64,000 bases of DNA from an uncultured Acidobacteriota bacterium (GCA_963805975.1 CAWDVR010000003.1:384001-448000); one strand, 5' to 3'; numbered from the stretch's first letter, positions 9,457 to 20,887 are shown. Notes: generated from the sequence alone by a model not told the origin. Translations and numbers: made by a program.

Positions 9457-10341
9457 ATGAACTCATTTCGACACTTTGCCTGGCTCGCTCTCGTCCTGCC
9501 GGCCACCCTCGCCTGCTCGTCTCTCGCGCCGACCCGGCAATCGAGCAGCGCGCTCGCGTTCCTCTACCCGGAGGGCAGGGCCGAAGCCGTGCCGGCGAGC
9601 GACGTGACCCTGCGGTTGCCGGCCCGGGTCGGGCTCGCGTTTCCGCCGGGCGACGCGGCGAACGGCTACGTCGATCCCCTGACCGAGGGCGAGCGGCAGG
9701 CCCTGCTCAACCGGGTGGCCGCGGCCTTCCGCGAAGCCAAGGGCGTCGGCCACCTCGAGGTGGTGCCGTCGCTCTACCTCACGGCCGGCGGCGGCTTCGC
9801 CGACCTCGACCGCCTGAAGAGCTCTCTGGGCCTGGATCTGATGGTCCTCGTGTCCTACGACCAGACCCAGTTCACCGAGTCCACCCGCGCCTCGTGGACC
9901 TACCTGACGGTGGTGGGGCCGATGCTGATCCAGGGCGAGAAGAACGAGGTGCGCACGGTGATGGATGCCGTGGTGTACGACATCCCCTCCCGCGCGCTCC
10001 TCTTCCGCGCCGCCGGCGAGAGCACGGTCGAGGGGCGCTCGAGCCCGCTCAACGAGCGCCGCAAGCGCCGCCAGTTCTCGAGCGAGGGCTTCGCCGCGGC
10101 CACGGACCAGATGATCGGCCAGCTGCGGCAGGCGCTCGCCGCCTTCGAGGAGCAGTCCAAGGCCGGGACCGTACGCGGACAGGGCACGCCGCAGATCGCC
10201 CTCTTCAACGCCGAGGGCGAGCGCATCAACCCGACCGACGGCGGGGCGGGCGCCGGAGCGCTGGGCGCCGCGGAGCTCGTGCTGGCGGCGTGGGTGGGCG
10301 GCGCGTGGATCGCCCGGCGCCGGCCTCGCCGGCGGCCGTGA
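9457..10341 (+). CDS. rhlP: Rhombotarget lipoprotein with GlyGly-CTERM-like tail
   Basis: Lipobox TLAC, SSALAFLYP, YLTVVG, DIPSRALLFRAAG; C-terminus GGAGAGALG-hydrophobic-RRRPRRRP; directly followed by a rhombosortase. Confidence 0.85.
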   Translation: MNSFRHFAWLALVLPATLACSSLAPTRQSSSALAFLYPEGRAEAVPASDVTLRLPARVGLAFPPGDAANGYVDPLTEGERQALLNRVAAAFREAKGVGHLEVVPSLYLTAGGGFADLDRLKSSLGLDLMVLVSYDQTQFTESTRASWTYLTVVGPMLIQGEKNEVRTVMDAVVYDIPSRALLFRAAGESTVEGRSSPLNERRKRRQFSSEGFAAATDQMIGQLRQALAAFEEQSKAGTVRGQGTPQIALFNAEGERINPTDGGAGAGALGAAELVLAAWVGGAWIARRRPRRRP

Positions 10342-10937
10342 GCCTGCGCCGTTTCCCCTGGTTGACGCTCTCCCTGCTGGCGGTGGCGGCGGCGATCGCC
10401 GCGCTGCCGGCCGCGCTCCTCGAGTACGACCGCGCCGCGGTGGGCGGCGGCGAGGTGTGGCGCCTCGCCACGGGCCAGCTCGTCCACTGGACCCTGCGCA
10501 TGGCGCTCTTCGATCTGGGGGCGATCCTGCTGCTCGGCGTGCTGTTGGAGGTTGGGGATGAGCGCCGTGGCCTGGCCCTCGCCCTCGGCATCGCTCTCCC
10601 GCTCTGCGCCTTCGCGGTGCACGGGATCCAGCCGCATCTGGATCGCTACCGCGGCAGCTCGGGTCTCGCCGCGGCGGTGTTCGGCCTGATGGTGATGCTC
10701 GGCGCTGCCGAGAAAGGCTGGCTGCCGCGCCTGCTCATGCTCGCGGCCTTCGCGGGCTTTGCTCTCAAGCTGCTCTTCGAGGCGGCAACCTCGAGCCTGG
10801 TGTTCGGCGGTGCCCTCCCGGCCGGAGTGGAAGCTGCGCCCATCGTGCACCTCGCGGGCTTCGCCGCCGGGGTCGCAGCCTTCCTGCTGGTCCACGCGCT
10901 CCCTCGGCGCGACCACCACGCCGCTGGTCTAGACTGA
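10338..10937 (+). CDS. rrtA: Rhombosortase (rhomboid family intramembrane serine protease)
   Basis: GTG start overlapping the upstream TGA; YDRAAVGGGEVWRLATGQLVH, YRGSSG (catalytic Ser), VHLAG (catalytic His). Confidence 0.85.
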   Translation: MSLRRFPWLTLSLLAVAAAIAALPAALLEYDRAAVGGGEVWRLATGQLVHWTLRMALFDLGAILLLGVLLEVGDERRGLALALGIALPLCAFAVHGIQPHLDRYRGSSGLAAAVFGLMVMLGAAEKGWLPRLLMLAAFAGFALKLLFEAATSSLVFGGALPAGVEAAPIVHLAGFAAGVAAFLLVHALPRRDHHAAGLD

Positions 10938-10963
10938 GCTTCCATGGTTGCAAGGAGCCACGG

Positions 10964-12658
<1,695 letters not shown>

Positions 12659-12668
12659 GGCGATCGGC

Positions 12669-13655
12669 ATGGCGGTGACGCCGCGCACCATGCGCTGGAT
12701 GGCCGGCGGCCTGCTGCTGCTGGTCGCGATCGGGATCGGGATCGGCGTGTGGCACGGCGTCTCGAGCGACGGCTTCCGCGACCGCCTCGCGGCCGGCTGG
12801 AGCTCGGCGCCCGGCGGCCTGGCGAGGGCATTCGCGATCGAGATCCTGCTCAACCCCTGGTTCTACGCCGTGCTCGCGCTGGTGCTCCTGCTCGAGAGGC
12901 TGGTGCCGGCCGACCCCCAGCAGAAGCCGCTCTCCAAGGGCTTCCTCCAGGATGCGGCGTGGGTGCCGTTCACACTCGTGGCGCACGCCTTCGTGCTGCC
13001 GCTCCACATCCTCTTCCTGCGCCACCTCTACGACCGCTATCTCGGCTTCCTGACGCTCGAATCGGTGGCCGCCTGGCCCTGGCTGGCGCGGGTGCTGCTC
13101 GCCCTGCTGGTCACCGACTTCCTCTTCTGGCTGAGCCACTGGGTTCGCCACAAGGTGAGCGTGCTGTGGTACTTCCACGCCGTCCACCACTCCCAGCGGG
13201 AGCTGAACTTCTTCACCGAGTACCGGATCCATCCGCTGGACGACGTCTTCCTCTACACCATCGGCTTCATTCCCTTCTTCATGGTGGAGCACTCCTTCAT
13301 CACCATCGTCGCGGTCACCTGGGTCCGGCACTGGCACACCCGGGTCTACCACTCGAACATCCGCTCCAACTTCGGCTGGCTGCGCTATCTCCTCGTCACG
13401 CCGCAATCCCACCGCGTCCACCACTCGGTCGAGATCCCGCATCGCGACTCGAACTTCGGCCTCACCTTCAGCATCTGGGACCATCTCTTCGGCACCCAGT
13501 ACCGGGGCTACGACGAGTATCCGCAGACCGGCATCGACGACGAGGAGTTCCCTTTCGAGCAGGCGGGGCAGGGCCGTTTCGGAGCGGTCGGCCGCCTGGT
13601 CTCGCAACTCCTCTACCCCTTCGAGGCGATCGCCAAGCGCGCGACGAGCCCGTGA
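12669..13655 (+). CDS. Sterol desaturase / fatty acid hydroxylase family protein
   Basis: His boxes HWVRH, HAVHHS, HSN, HRVHHS; NFG..FSIWDHLFGT. Confidence 0.9.
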   Translation: MAVTPRTMRWMAGGLLLLVAIGIGIGVWHGVSSDGFRDRLAAGWSSAPGGLARAFAIEILLNPWFYAVLALVLLLERLVPADPQQKPLSKGFLQDAAWVPFTLVAHAFVLPLHILFLRHLYDRYLGFLTLESVAAWPWLARVLLALLVTDFLFWLSHWVRHKVSVLWYFHAVHHSQRELNFFTEYRIHPLDDVFLYTIGFIPFFMVEHSFITIVAVTWVRHWHTRVYHSNIRSNFGWLRYLLVTPQSHRVHHSVEIPHRDSNFGLTFSIWDHLFGTQYRGYDEYPQTGIDDEEFPFEQAGQGRFGAVGRLVSQLLYPFEAIAKRATSP

Positions 13656-13718
13656 CCAAGGGCGGCAGAGCACTGAGGGTGACGTGGAGTATCCTCTGTC
13701 TCGTTGACGGAGGTCGTC

Positions 13719-13964
13719 ATGGAAGAGAATCTGCTGAGGCGCGTCGAGGTCGACCCGGACGTGATGCTTGGCAAGCCCGTCGTTCGGGGCACGCGAGTGA
13801 CCGTGGAGATCCTGCTCGAGAAGCTGGCCGCGGACATCCCTATTGAGGAGATCCTGGAGGATTATCCTGGCCTCGATCGATACGATGTGCTCGCCGCCAT
13901 CGCCTACGCAAGGCAAGCAGTCGGAACGGAAGAGATCTTGCCCGCCTTCGCGGCCCACGGATGA
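13719..13964 (+). CDS. DUF433 antitoxin (VapB45-like)
   Basis: DPDVMLGKPVVRGTRVTV, EEILEDYPGL; GGAGG RBS. Confidence 0.92.
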   Translation: MEENLLRRVEVDPDVMLGKPVVRGTRVTVEILLEKLAADIPIEEILEDYPGLDRYDVLAAIAYARQAVGTEEILPAFAAHG

Positions 13965-14326
13965 GGCTCCTGGCGGACGCGAACCTGGAGGGGCCCATCG
14001 TCCGCCTCCTACGAGCTGCCGGCTATGACGTGGTTTGGGTTCGCGAAGAGCAGCCACGAGCCACTGACCCGCGGGTGCTGGAGCTGGCGAGAGCCGAGGC
14101 GCGGGTTCTCCTGACGAACGACAAGGACTTCGCCGAGCTCTGCTATCTGCGTAGACAGGCCACTGCGGGTATCGTGCTGCTGCGGCTTCCGGCGGCGAGG
14201 TCCACAGAGAAGGGCGAGCACCTGCTTGCGGTGATCCGGCGTTTCGGTATCGAGCTGGAGGGTTGGTTCACGGTGATTACGGCGCGGGCCATTCGCCGCC
14301 GCCAGTTGCCGGATACCGAGAGGTAG
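13961..14326 (+). CDS. DUF5615 PIN-like toxin (VapC45-like)
   Basis: MRLLADANL, RVLLTNDKDF, GIVLLR; ATGA overlap with the DUF433 gene. Confidence 0.9.
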   Translation: MRLLADANLEGPIVRLLRAAGYDVVWVREEQPRATDPRVLELARAEARVLLTNDKDFAELCYLRRQATAGIVLLRLPAARSTEKGEHLLAVIRRFGIELEGWFTVITARAIRRRQLPDTER

Positions 14327-14347
14327 CTCATCCCACGACGGCTGCTC

Positions 14348-14533
14348 TCAAGGGGCCAGTTCCAACCCAATCTCCTCTACCGGCTCGATCTCATCCAGCC
14401 GGCCGACGTCGATGCCCCGATGACCCGCACCGTCCTCCTCGATGAAGACCGAGACGAACCGCGCGTTCCAGGCTACCTCCTCGGCGCGGTAGGAGGTGCG
14501 GGTGTGGGCCCGGGGAATCTCTCGCTCGCTCAT
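14348..14533 (-). CDS. Small hypothetical protein or gene remnant
   Basis: 61-aa ORF with GAGGAG RBS just after the TonB gene; no recognisable motif. Confidence 0.35.
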   Translation of the reverse strand: MSEREIPRAHTRTSYRAEEVAWNARFVSVFIEEDGAGHRGIDVGRLDEIEPVEEIGLELAP

Positions 14534-14556
14534 CTCGGCACGCTCCTCGCGGGCGC

Positions 14557-15558
14557 TCAGGGCTGAAGCTGGAAGTTGACGGTAAGCGTGTAGTAGACCT
14601 TGACGAGCTTACCGTTGAGCTTGGCGGGCTCGAAGACCCAGCGCTCGACGGCGCGGATCGTCGCGCGATCGAGGCCCGGGCTCAGGCTGCGCAGCACCTC
14701 TACATGCGTCACGCATCCTTCCTGGTCGATGATCGCCTCCGCGACGACCACTCCCTGCTTCCCGCTCCGGCGGTCGCTGTCGGGGTAACGCGGCAGGGGG
14801 GTGAGGAGCTTTCCGGGCGGCGAGATCTCGCCTTCTACCCGCCTCGGCGCCTCGGTGAGCAGGGAGGCAGCGGCCGGCTCGAAGGGTGGCGCCTGGGCCG
14901 AGCCGGCAGGCGCCAACGGCGGCTCGCCGCCCTCCTCGGCCAGCGAGGCGCGCAGGCCGCAGAGGAGCACACGGCTTTGCTTGCGCAGATCGCCCTCGGC
15001 TCCTGCAGCGATCGTTTCGCGCACTTGCGCCATGGCCTCGGCCTTCCTCCCTTGGAGCTCGAGGGTCTTGGCGAGCGAGAAGCGCGGCGCCACCACCTTG
15101 CCCTCGCTCAGCTCCACGGCTTTGCGAAAGGCGCGTTCGGCCTCGGCGAGCTCCTTGGGCTTCGCTGTCATGTCGCCCAGCAAGGCGATGCCGAGCAGGT
15201 TGTGGGCGGCGGCGGAGTCTATGGCGCTTTCGTGCAGGTCCAGCGCCCGCCGCGCCGCCTGCTCGGCATCCCTGTAGTTACTTGCAGCAAGAGCCGCCCG
15301 TGCCCAGCCCACCAGGGCCGCCAGGGACTTTCCGCCCGCCAGCTTGTCGGCCCTGGTGAAGGCGGCGAGCGCTTTCTCGGCCTTGCCTTGGGCGAAGAGG
15401 TCCACGCCCTGCTCGACCAGGGTCTCCGGGGTCTCTTCCGGCGGGGCCTGGGCCGGTGGGTCCTCGGCGCGGGTGGAGTGGGCGGCAAGGGCGAGGAGAA
15501 CGACCAGCAGGACCGCGGCGGCCCGACTGCAGAAGCGGAGCGAGTGCTTGCGCGGCAT
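14557..15558 (-). CDS. TPR-repeat protein with TonB C-terminal domain
   Basis: Signal peptide, TPR-like helices (AHNLLGIAL), PRYP...QGVVV...WVFEPA...VKVYYTLTVNF. Confidence 0.88.
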   Translation of the reverse strand: MPRKHSLRFCSRAAAVLLVVLLALAAHSTRAEDPPAQAPPEETPETLVEQGVDLFAQGKAEKALAAFTRADKLAGGKSLAALVGWARAALAASNYRDAEQAARRALDLHESAIDSAAAHNLLGIALLGDMTAKPKELAEAERAFRKAVELSEGKVVAPRFSLAKTLELQGRKAEAMAQVRETIAAGAEGDLRKQSRVLLCGLRASLAEEGGEPPLAPAGSAQAPPFEPAAASLLTEAPRRVEGEISPPGKLLTPLPRYPDSDRRSGKQGVVVAEAIIDQEGCVTHVEVLRSLSPGLDRATIRAVERWVFEPAKLNGKLVKVYYTLTVNFQLQP

Positions 15559-15728
15559 GAGATCTCTCCCTCGTGGCGATGCGTTCACCTGAGTCAGACG
15601 CGCAACGTCACTCGTCCGGCCTACTCGCTGTGACGTATCTCATAGCGGGCTTGCTGGGTGGGTGCTTTGCTGCAATTCGAGCGTCCCGGCCTGGCCGACC
15701 TGCGCCCACAACACCGAGGAGAAGCACG

Positions 15729-17270
15729 ATGCCCCCTGCCCGCTACGCCTGCCGCTTCGCTTCCACCGCCCTACTTCTGAGTCTCGGGCTCGCCTCGCCG
15801 GCCGCTGCCGGCACGCTCGCCGTAACCTCCACCACCCCGGCACGGAACGCCGGCAACGTCACCACTTCGACCACCATCGTCGTCCACTTCAACATGGCCC
15901 TGCAGACCGCTTCGATCACCTCCTCGAGCTTCCGCGCCTGGGGCAAGTGGAGCGGTCCCAGAACCGGCGCCTTCGCCTTCTCGAACGGCAACCAGACGCT
16001 GACTTTCACCCCCAGCCGCCCGTTCTCGGCCGGTGAGGCGGTGTACTTCCTGCTCGCCAACACCGTCACCGCCGCCGACAGCTCGCCATTCCGGGCCGGC
16101 GGCTACGCCTCGCAGTTCACCACCGCGGTCGTCGTGACGCCGGCCGACTTCCAGGAGATCGACACCATCTCGGTGCGCACCACTCCCGGAGAAGGTACGC
16201 GCCTCTATGGCGGCAGCGGCGCCGACCTCGACAACGACGGCTGGCTCGACTACGTGGGCGCCAACGAGGACAGCGGCGACCTCCGGGTGCTGATGAACCG
16301 CGACGACGGCAGCGGGCTCTACCACCCCTTCCTGCAGCCCCCCACCGAGACCGACCTGGGCCCCAGCCCGAACGAGGTCGCCGACTACGACAACGACGGT
16401 TTCCAGGACGTGGCGACGGCCAACTACATCCCCTCGACGGTCTCCGTGGTCCTGGGCGACGGCGACGGCACCTTCAGCCTCCAGCAGTCGGTGTCGGTGG
16501 CCAATACCCCGCACGGCCTCGCCACCCTGGACGTGGACGGCGACGGCGACCTCGACCTCGTCACCGCCAACGAGGCCGCCAACAACCTGTCGCGGCTGCT
16601 CAACAACGGCAGCGGCGTGTTCGGAGCCGCGACCCACTTCGAGGGGGGCGGCGACGGCGAGTACGCGCTCACCGCCGGCGACATGAACAACGACGGCATC
16701 ATGGACCTGGTGCTCGGCACCCGCGACGACCAGCAGATCCACGTCCTGACCGGCAACGGCAACGGCACCTTCTCCCATGCCTCGAACCGCTCGGCGGGCG
16801 GCCTCACCTGGATGGTCGCGGTAGGCGACGTCAACGGCGACGGCCACCTGGACGTGGCCTCCGCCAACAGCCAGAGCAACAACGGCTCGATCCTGCTGGG
16901 CAACGGTAACGGCACCTTGCAGGCGGCGGCGACGATCGCGACCTCCGGCCACATGGTGGCGACGGACCTGGGCGATCTCGACGGCGACGGCGATCTCGAC
17001 TGGGTGCTGTCGTCGTTCGGCGGTGGGCGCTGGCACGTCTACACCAACAACGGCGCCGGCGCCTTCACGCAGGTGGACGAGATCTTCGCCACCAGCAACG
17101 CCTCCTGCGCCACCCTCTACGACTTCGACAACGACGGCGACCTCGACATGGCGCTGGCCGACGAGATTGCGGACGAGGTCAAGCTGATCCAGAACAGCGG
17201 TGGCCCCGGCCTCTTTGCCGACGGCTTCGAGACCGGCGACACCGCGGCCTGGTCACTCACTGTGCCGTAG
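15729..17270 (+). CDS. Secreted FG-GAP/VCBS repeat protein with N-terminal Ig-like domain
   Basis: Signal peptide; DLDNDGWLD, DVDGDGDLD, DMNNDGIMD, DVNGDGHLD repeats; ends LFADGFETGDTAAWSLTVP. Confidence 0.9.
   Translation: MPPARYACRFASTALLLSLGLASPAAAGTLAVTSTTPARNAGNVTTSTTIVVHFNMALQTASITSSSFRAWGKWSGPRTGAFAFSNGNQTLTFTPSRPFSAGEAVYFLLANTVTAADSSPFRAGGYASQFTTAVVVTPADFQEIDTISVRTTPGEGTRLYGGSGADLDNDGWLDYVGANEDSGDLRVLMNRDDGSGLYHPFLQPPTETDLGPSPNEVADYDNDGFQDVATANYIPSTVSVVLGDGDGTFSLQQSVSVANTPHGLATLDVDGDGDLDLVTANEAANNLSRLLNNGSGVFGAATHFEGGGDGEYALTAGDMNNDGIMDLVLGTRDDQQIHVLTGNGNGTFSHASNRSAGGLTWMVAVGDVNGDGHLDVASANSQSNNGSILLGNGNGTLQAAATIATSGHMVATDLGDLDGDGDLDWVLSSFGGGRWHVYTNNGAGAFTQVDEIFATSNASCATLYDFDNDGDLDMALADEIADEVKLIQNSGGPGLFADGFETGDTAAWSLTVP
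17211..17270 (+). other. C-terminal F-x-DGFE-x-G motif, copy 2
   Basis: Encodes LFADGFETGDTAAWSLTVP-stop. Confidence 0.8.
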
Positions 17271-18705
17271 AGTTCCGGCCGGCGGCGAGGGGTGCGCTGC
17301 GCGGCAGCACGTCCGGCCACCAGCCGCCGGCGGCATCGACTGCGAAGCCGCAGCGCTCCCGGAGCCGCAGGCCGTCGAGCATCGGGTGGTTCGAGGCCAG
17401 GTCCAGCACCAGGTCGTGCCGTCCGCCGCAACGGAACTGCGGGCTGCCGAGCGCCGTCGCGAGCAGCAGGGCCACGCTCGCGCTACCCCAGGCCCAGGCC
17501 AGCCGCCGGACGGGCACCCGCCACCGGCCCGCGGAGAGCACCGCCGCCCACAGCACCAAGGGCAGCACGGCCGCGTGCATCACGGATACCCCTTGCCACC
17601 ACATCGGCGTGGTGGGCGCCAGGCAGAAGATCAGGAACGCGGCGGCGAAGCTCCACAGAACGTAGCGCTCCAGCCACTCGCGGTCCGAGGCCCCGGCAGG
17701 GAACCGCCAGGGCTCCGGGCTCGACCGCCGCCGCCTGTAGAACCAGATAGCGGCGGCGAGAGCTGCGAGGACGGTGGCCGCGGCCGCCGCCAGCGCCAGC
17801 GCGGAGAGGAGCGGCGCGAGCCAGGCGTCGGCCCGTTCGCCGAACACGGCCGTGAAGTCGAAGCGCGTCACCTCGCTGCTCACCGAGAGCGACGAGTAGC
17901 GCAGCCAGTTGACCAGCCCATGCGCCAGCGGGAAGACCAGCAGCAGGCCCCGGCCAGGGAAGCCCGTGCCCACGGGCAGCAGGCTCGGATCCAGCCGGAT
18001 CGCCTCGAGATAAGGCAGGAGCGTCAGCCCCGCGACCGCGGCACCGGCCATCGCACCCGGCCAATGCAGCTTCATCCCGCCGCGCAGCAGCAGAAGGAGG
18101 GAGGCGACACCCAGGAGCACCGCCGAGGCGTGGGCCTGGACGGCGAGGCCCAGCACCAGGGCGTGCAGGAAAGAGTCGAAGAACCGCGCCTCGTGCCGCT
18201 GGCGAAACGCCGTCCACACGTGGATCGCGCCCACCAGGAAGAGATAGCTGGGGTTCCACAGGAAGCCGGAGAGATAGAGCCGGGTCGGCGACAGGCCGTA
18301 GAACACCGCAAAGAGCAACCGCTCCCGGCTGCCCAGGCACCGGGCCAGCAGCCGGTCGAGGAGCACGAAGGCCAGCAGGTGAAAGGCGACGATCAGCACT
18401 ACCGGCGCCCGCGCGTCGCGCCAGAGGAAGAGCGGCAACCCCACCAGCACGCTCGTCACCGGCCCCGGCGCCACCCCACCCCCAGAACCGGGGTTGCCGT
18501 AGGGAATCAGCTCACCTTCCGCAGCCAGCAACCACCCCCGGCCGAGGAGATTCAACTGATCCCCCCCGACCTGGCTGCGGGAGAGGAGGAGGAGGGAGAG
18601 GCAGGTGGAGAGGAGAAACAGCGCGACCACCGCCCGGCCGGTGGAAGGGCCGGGGGAGGCGGTGGACGGGGTGGGGTCGAGGAGAGGGCGCAGGATGCGT
18701 CTCAA
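17257..18705 (-). CDS. Polytopic membrane protein, possible GT-C (ArnT/PMT-like) glycosyltransferase
   Basis: GGDQ after TM1, PG-P motif, WNP, QAH, many TM helices. Confidence 0.55.
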   Translation of the reverse strand: MRRILRPLLDPTPSTASPGPSTGRAVVALFLLSTCLSLLLLSRSQVGGDQLNLLGRGWLLAAEGELIPYGNPGSGGGVAPGPVTSVLVGLPLFLWRDARAPVVLIVAFHLLAFVLLDRLLARCLGSRERLLFAVFYGLSPTRLYLSGFLWNPSYLFLVGAIHVWTAFRQRHEARFFDSFLHALVLGLAVQAHASAVLLGVASLLLLLRGGMKLHWPGAMAGAAVAGLTLLPYLEAIRLDPSLLPVGTGFPGRGLLLVFPLAHGLVNWLRYSSLSVSSEVTRFDFTAVFGERADAWLAPLLSALALAAAAATVLAALAAAIWFYRRRRSSPEPWRFPAGASDREWLERYVLWSFAAAFLIFCLAPTTPMWWQGVSVMHAAVLPLVLWAAVLSAGRWRVPVRRLAWAWGSASVALLLATALGSPQFRCGGRHDLVLDLASNHPMLDGLRLRERCGFAVDAAGGWWPDVLPRSAPLAAGRNSTAQ

Positions 18706-18849
18706 GTGCAGGCGGCCCCCGTAGGAGATGGCCCCGCTGGTGTTCGGAGGAAGAACTCTAGCAGGCGCTGAAGGGTATTGAGTGGCTGGCGGGGATGGCC
18801 ACCCGGTCCGAGCAGCGCCCGCTCTCGGGAGCGGCGGCGCCGTCCGGAC

Positions 18850-19539
18850 TCAGGGTAGCTCCGGCTGAGTGGGCCTCGCCACTCCGTCTGCGGGTCGAAG
18901 GGGCTGTGGCCGTGGAGCAAGGACCGGAGCCTTTGCGAGGGCAGAGATCTCGACAGGGACGAGGTGCTCGAACTTGGGGGCGGCTTCGAGGTTTTCGACG
19001 GCGCGGTCGAGGTCGCTGTGGGTGCCGTTCATGCCCAGCGTCCACAGCGCGGAGAGGTGGCGGCGCCTCGCCTCGGGCTGGCGGCGGGCGTGGCGGAAGA
19101 GCTCGTCCTGGAGGAGCCTCAGCTGCGCCTGCTCTTTTTTCGTCCGCGGCAGTGTTGCCCAGACCAGGTGCGGGATGCCGCTCTCACCCTCGGGAGCGCG
19201 CTCGCACAGCGCGTAGGGGGAGCTGCCGAAGCGGGGGGCGACGAAGGGGCGCGGGTGGGGGAGGGCGGCGATCAGGTCGGAGAGGTCGGCTTCTTGCGGC
19301 CGGTCCACCCAGGCCAGAAGGCTCAGGGTTAGGGTGAAGGCGCCGAGGATCGCGGCGCCCGGCAGCAGCCATCGTGGACGTCGTGCAGGCTGGGTGGGGA
19401 GGGGAGCCAGGGGCCAGGCCGGGACCAGCGCAATGCGGCGCGTCGGCGCTGGCGGGGCGTTGCCGCTCAGGCGCGGCTTGGGGAGCGCAACGTCTCGTCG
19501 ACGGGAGGAGCGCCGTAGGCTTCGCGTGGGCATCGCCAT
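18850..19539 (-). CDS. Hypothetical membrane-anchored protein, possibly a truncated remnant
   Basis: Single TM segment (AAILGAFTLTLSLLAW), RPFVAPRFGSSPYALC, DRAVENLEAA, then sequence of no recognisable pattern. Confidence 0.4.
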   Translation of the reverse strand: MAMPTRSLRRSSRRRDVALPKPRLSGNAPPAPTRRIALVPAWPLAPLPTQPARRPRWLLPGAAILGAFTLTLSLLAWVDRPQEADLSDLIAALPHPRPFVAPRFGSSPYALCERAPEGESGIPHLVWATLPRTKKEQAQLRLLQDELFRHARRQPEARRRHLSALWTLGMNGTHSDLDRAVENLEAAPKFEHLVPVEISALAKAPVLAPRPQPLRPADGVARPTQPELP

Positions 19540-19594
19540 TCAGGGTGAGGCTGGGCCTCACCCCGGTTGGACGGACGCGGCAGCGGAGTTTCTC

Positions 19595-20887
19595 TCAGTT
19601 CGCCACTGCCTCCCGGCTCCCGAGGCTGAAGCGCTGGGGGATGAAGAGGGCGTGGGTGAGGCTGGCCGAGGGACGGTCGGCGGCATGGGCCAGGCAGAGG
19701 CGGTGCTCGTCCCAGGGCTGGGCCTCGAGACCCTGGCCGAGCTGGAGCGAGCCACGGCCGAAGTCGAGGTCGGAGAGCGCCCGGCCGTCGATCCCCGCCG
19801 GATCGAGGCCGAGCTGCCTACAGGAACGTAACGCCGCGGTCTCGGCGGCCATGGCCTCGGTCTCGTGACCGAGCGCCCGGGCGGTCTGGGCGGTCAGCCA
19901 GTGGCGGCGGGTCTCGTACCAGAGATCGAGGCGGAGGGCTGCTGCTGCGGTCTCGTCGTCGAGGGCCGCGGCGGCCTCCTCGGGCCGTCCGCCGGCGAGC
20001 AGGTAGTAGACGAGGTTCTGCTGCGCGCAGAGGTAGAGGCCGGGCTCCGCCCGCGCGTCGAGCTGCAGCAGGGCCTCTTCCGCCGTCTCCACGGCGGCCA
20101 CGGTCTCGCCCGCCGCGGCGAGCGCCGCCGCCTTCTCGATCAGCACTGCCCCGATCTCCTCGAAGGCCTCGCACTCCTCGCACAGGCCACACACCATGTT
20201 GAAGTAGGCCTCGGCCTCGAGGAAGCGGCGCTGGGCGGTGCGCAGCAGGCCGGTCAGCACCAGGATCTCGGCCTCGATCAGGAGGTCGCCCGTGCCCTGG
20301 CGGTCGAAGAGCTCGAGCGCGAACTCCAGCATGCGCTCGCTGCGCGGCTCGTCGCCGAGTACGCGCAAGGCGTTGCCCAGGTGCGCGGTGGCGCGGGCGA
20401 TCGAGGTCATCGCCCAGCCGCGGCCGATCTCCGGCTGGGAGAGGCGCAGCGAGACGTCGTGAGCGCGTTGCGCCAGGTCGAAGGCCTCCTCGGGCCGGCT
20501 CGCGAGCTGGCGCTGCGACTGCTGGATCAGGAGATCGACGAGCGCCGGGCTGCGGAAGCGGTGGACGGCGCCGGCGAAGAGGGCATCGCGACCGGCGGGG
20601 CCCGTCTCGACCAGGAGGCGCAGGTCGTCGTGCGCCGCCGCGGAGAGCTGCGCCAGCTCGCCGGCGCGGCGCGGGATGTCGGCGAGAACGCGCTGGAAGA
20701 TGGGCCGGTACGACCAGGCCAGGGGCCCGTTGGGATCCGGGTGGCCGGGCCGTGACGAAGCGGCGGGCCGGGTCTGGCAGTGCTTGAGAAGTTGCTCGAC
20801 GATCTCCTGCGGCGTGCGCTCGGCCTCCATCAGCTCGCGCCGCAGCTCCCCGGGTGTGGACAGCTCGCTCGGATTCTCCCCCGCCAT
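19595..20887 (-). CDS. TPR-like helical repeat protein
   Basis: ARATAHLGNALRVLG, LRTAQRRFLEA, LCAQQNLVYYL..G helical repeats. Confidence 0.65.
   Translation of the reverse strand: MAGENPSELSTPGELRRELMEAERTPQEIVEQLLKHCQTRPAASSRPGHPDPNGPLAWSYRPIFQRVLADIPRRAGELAQLSAAAHDDLRLLVETGPAGRDALFAGAVHRFRSPALVDLLIQQSQRQLASRPEEAFDLAQRAHDVSLRLSQPEIGRGWAMTSIARATAHLGNALRVLGDEPRSERMLEFALELFDRQGTGDLLIEAEILVLTGLLRTAQRRFLEAEAYFNMVCGLCEECEAFEEIGAVLIEKAAALAAAGETVAAVETAEEALLQLDARAEPGLYLCAQQNLVYYLLAGGRPEEAAAALDDETAAAALRLDLWYETRRHWLTAQTARALGHETEAMAAETAALRSCRQLGLDPAGIDGRALSDLDFGRGSLQLGQGLEAQPWDEHRLCLAHAADRPSASLTHALFIPQRFSLGSREAVAN

Noticed and set aside
13719-14326. TA pairs (also 48764-49201) as markers of a mobile element
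   Set aside because: No integrase, transposase, att sites or terminal repeats were seen nearby.
16200-17170. Periodic GACxxCGACGGCGAC repeats suggesting an array
   Set aside because: They are coding FG-GAP repeats, not CRISPR; no constant repeat-spacer structure and no cas genes.
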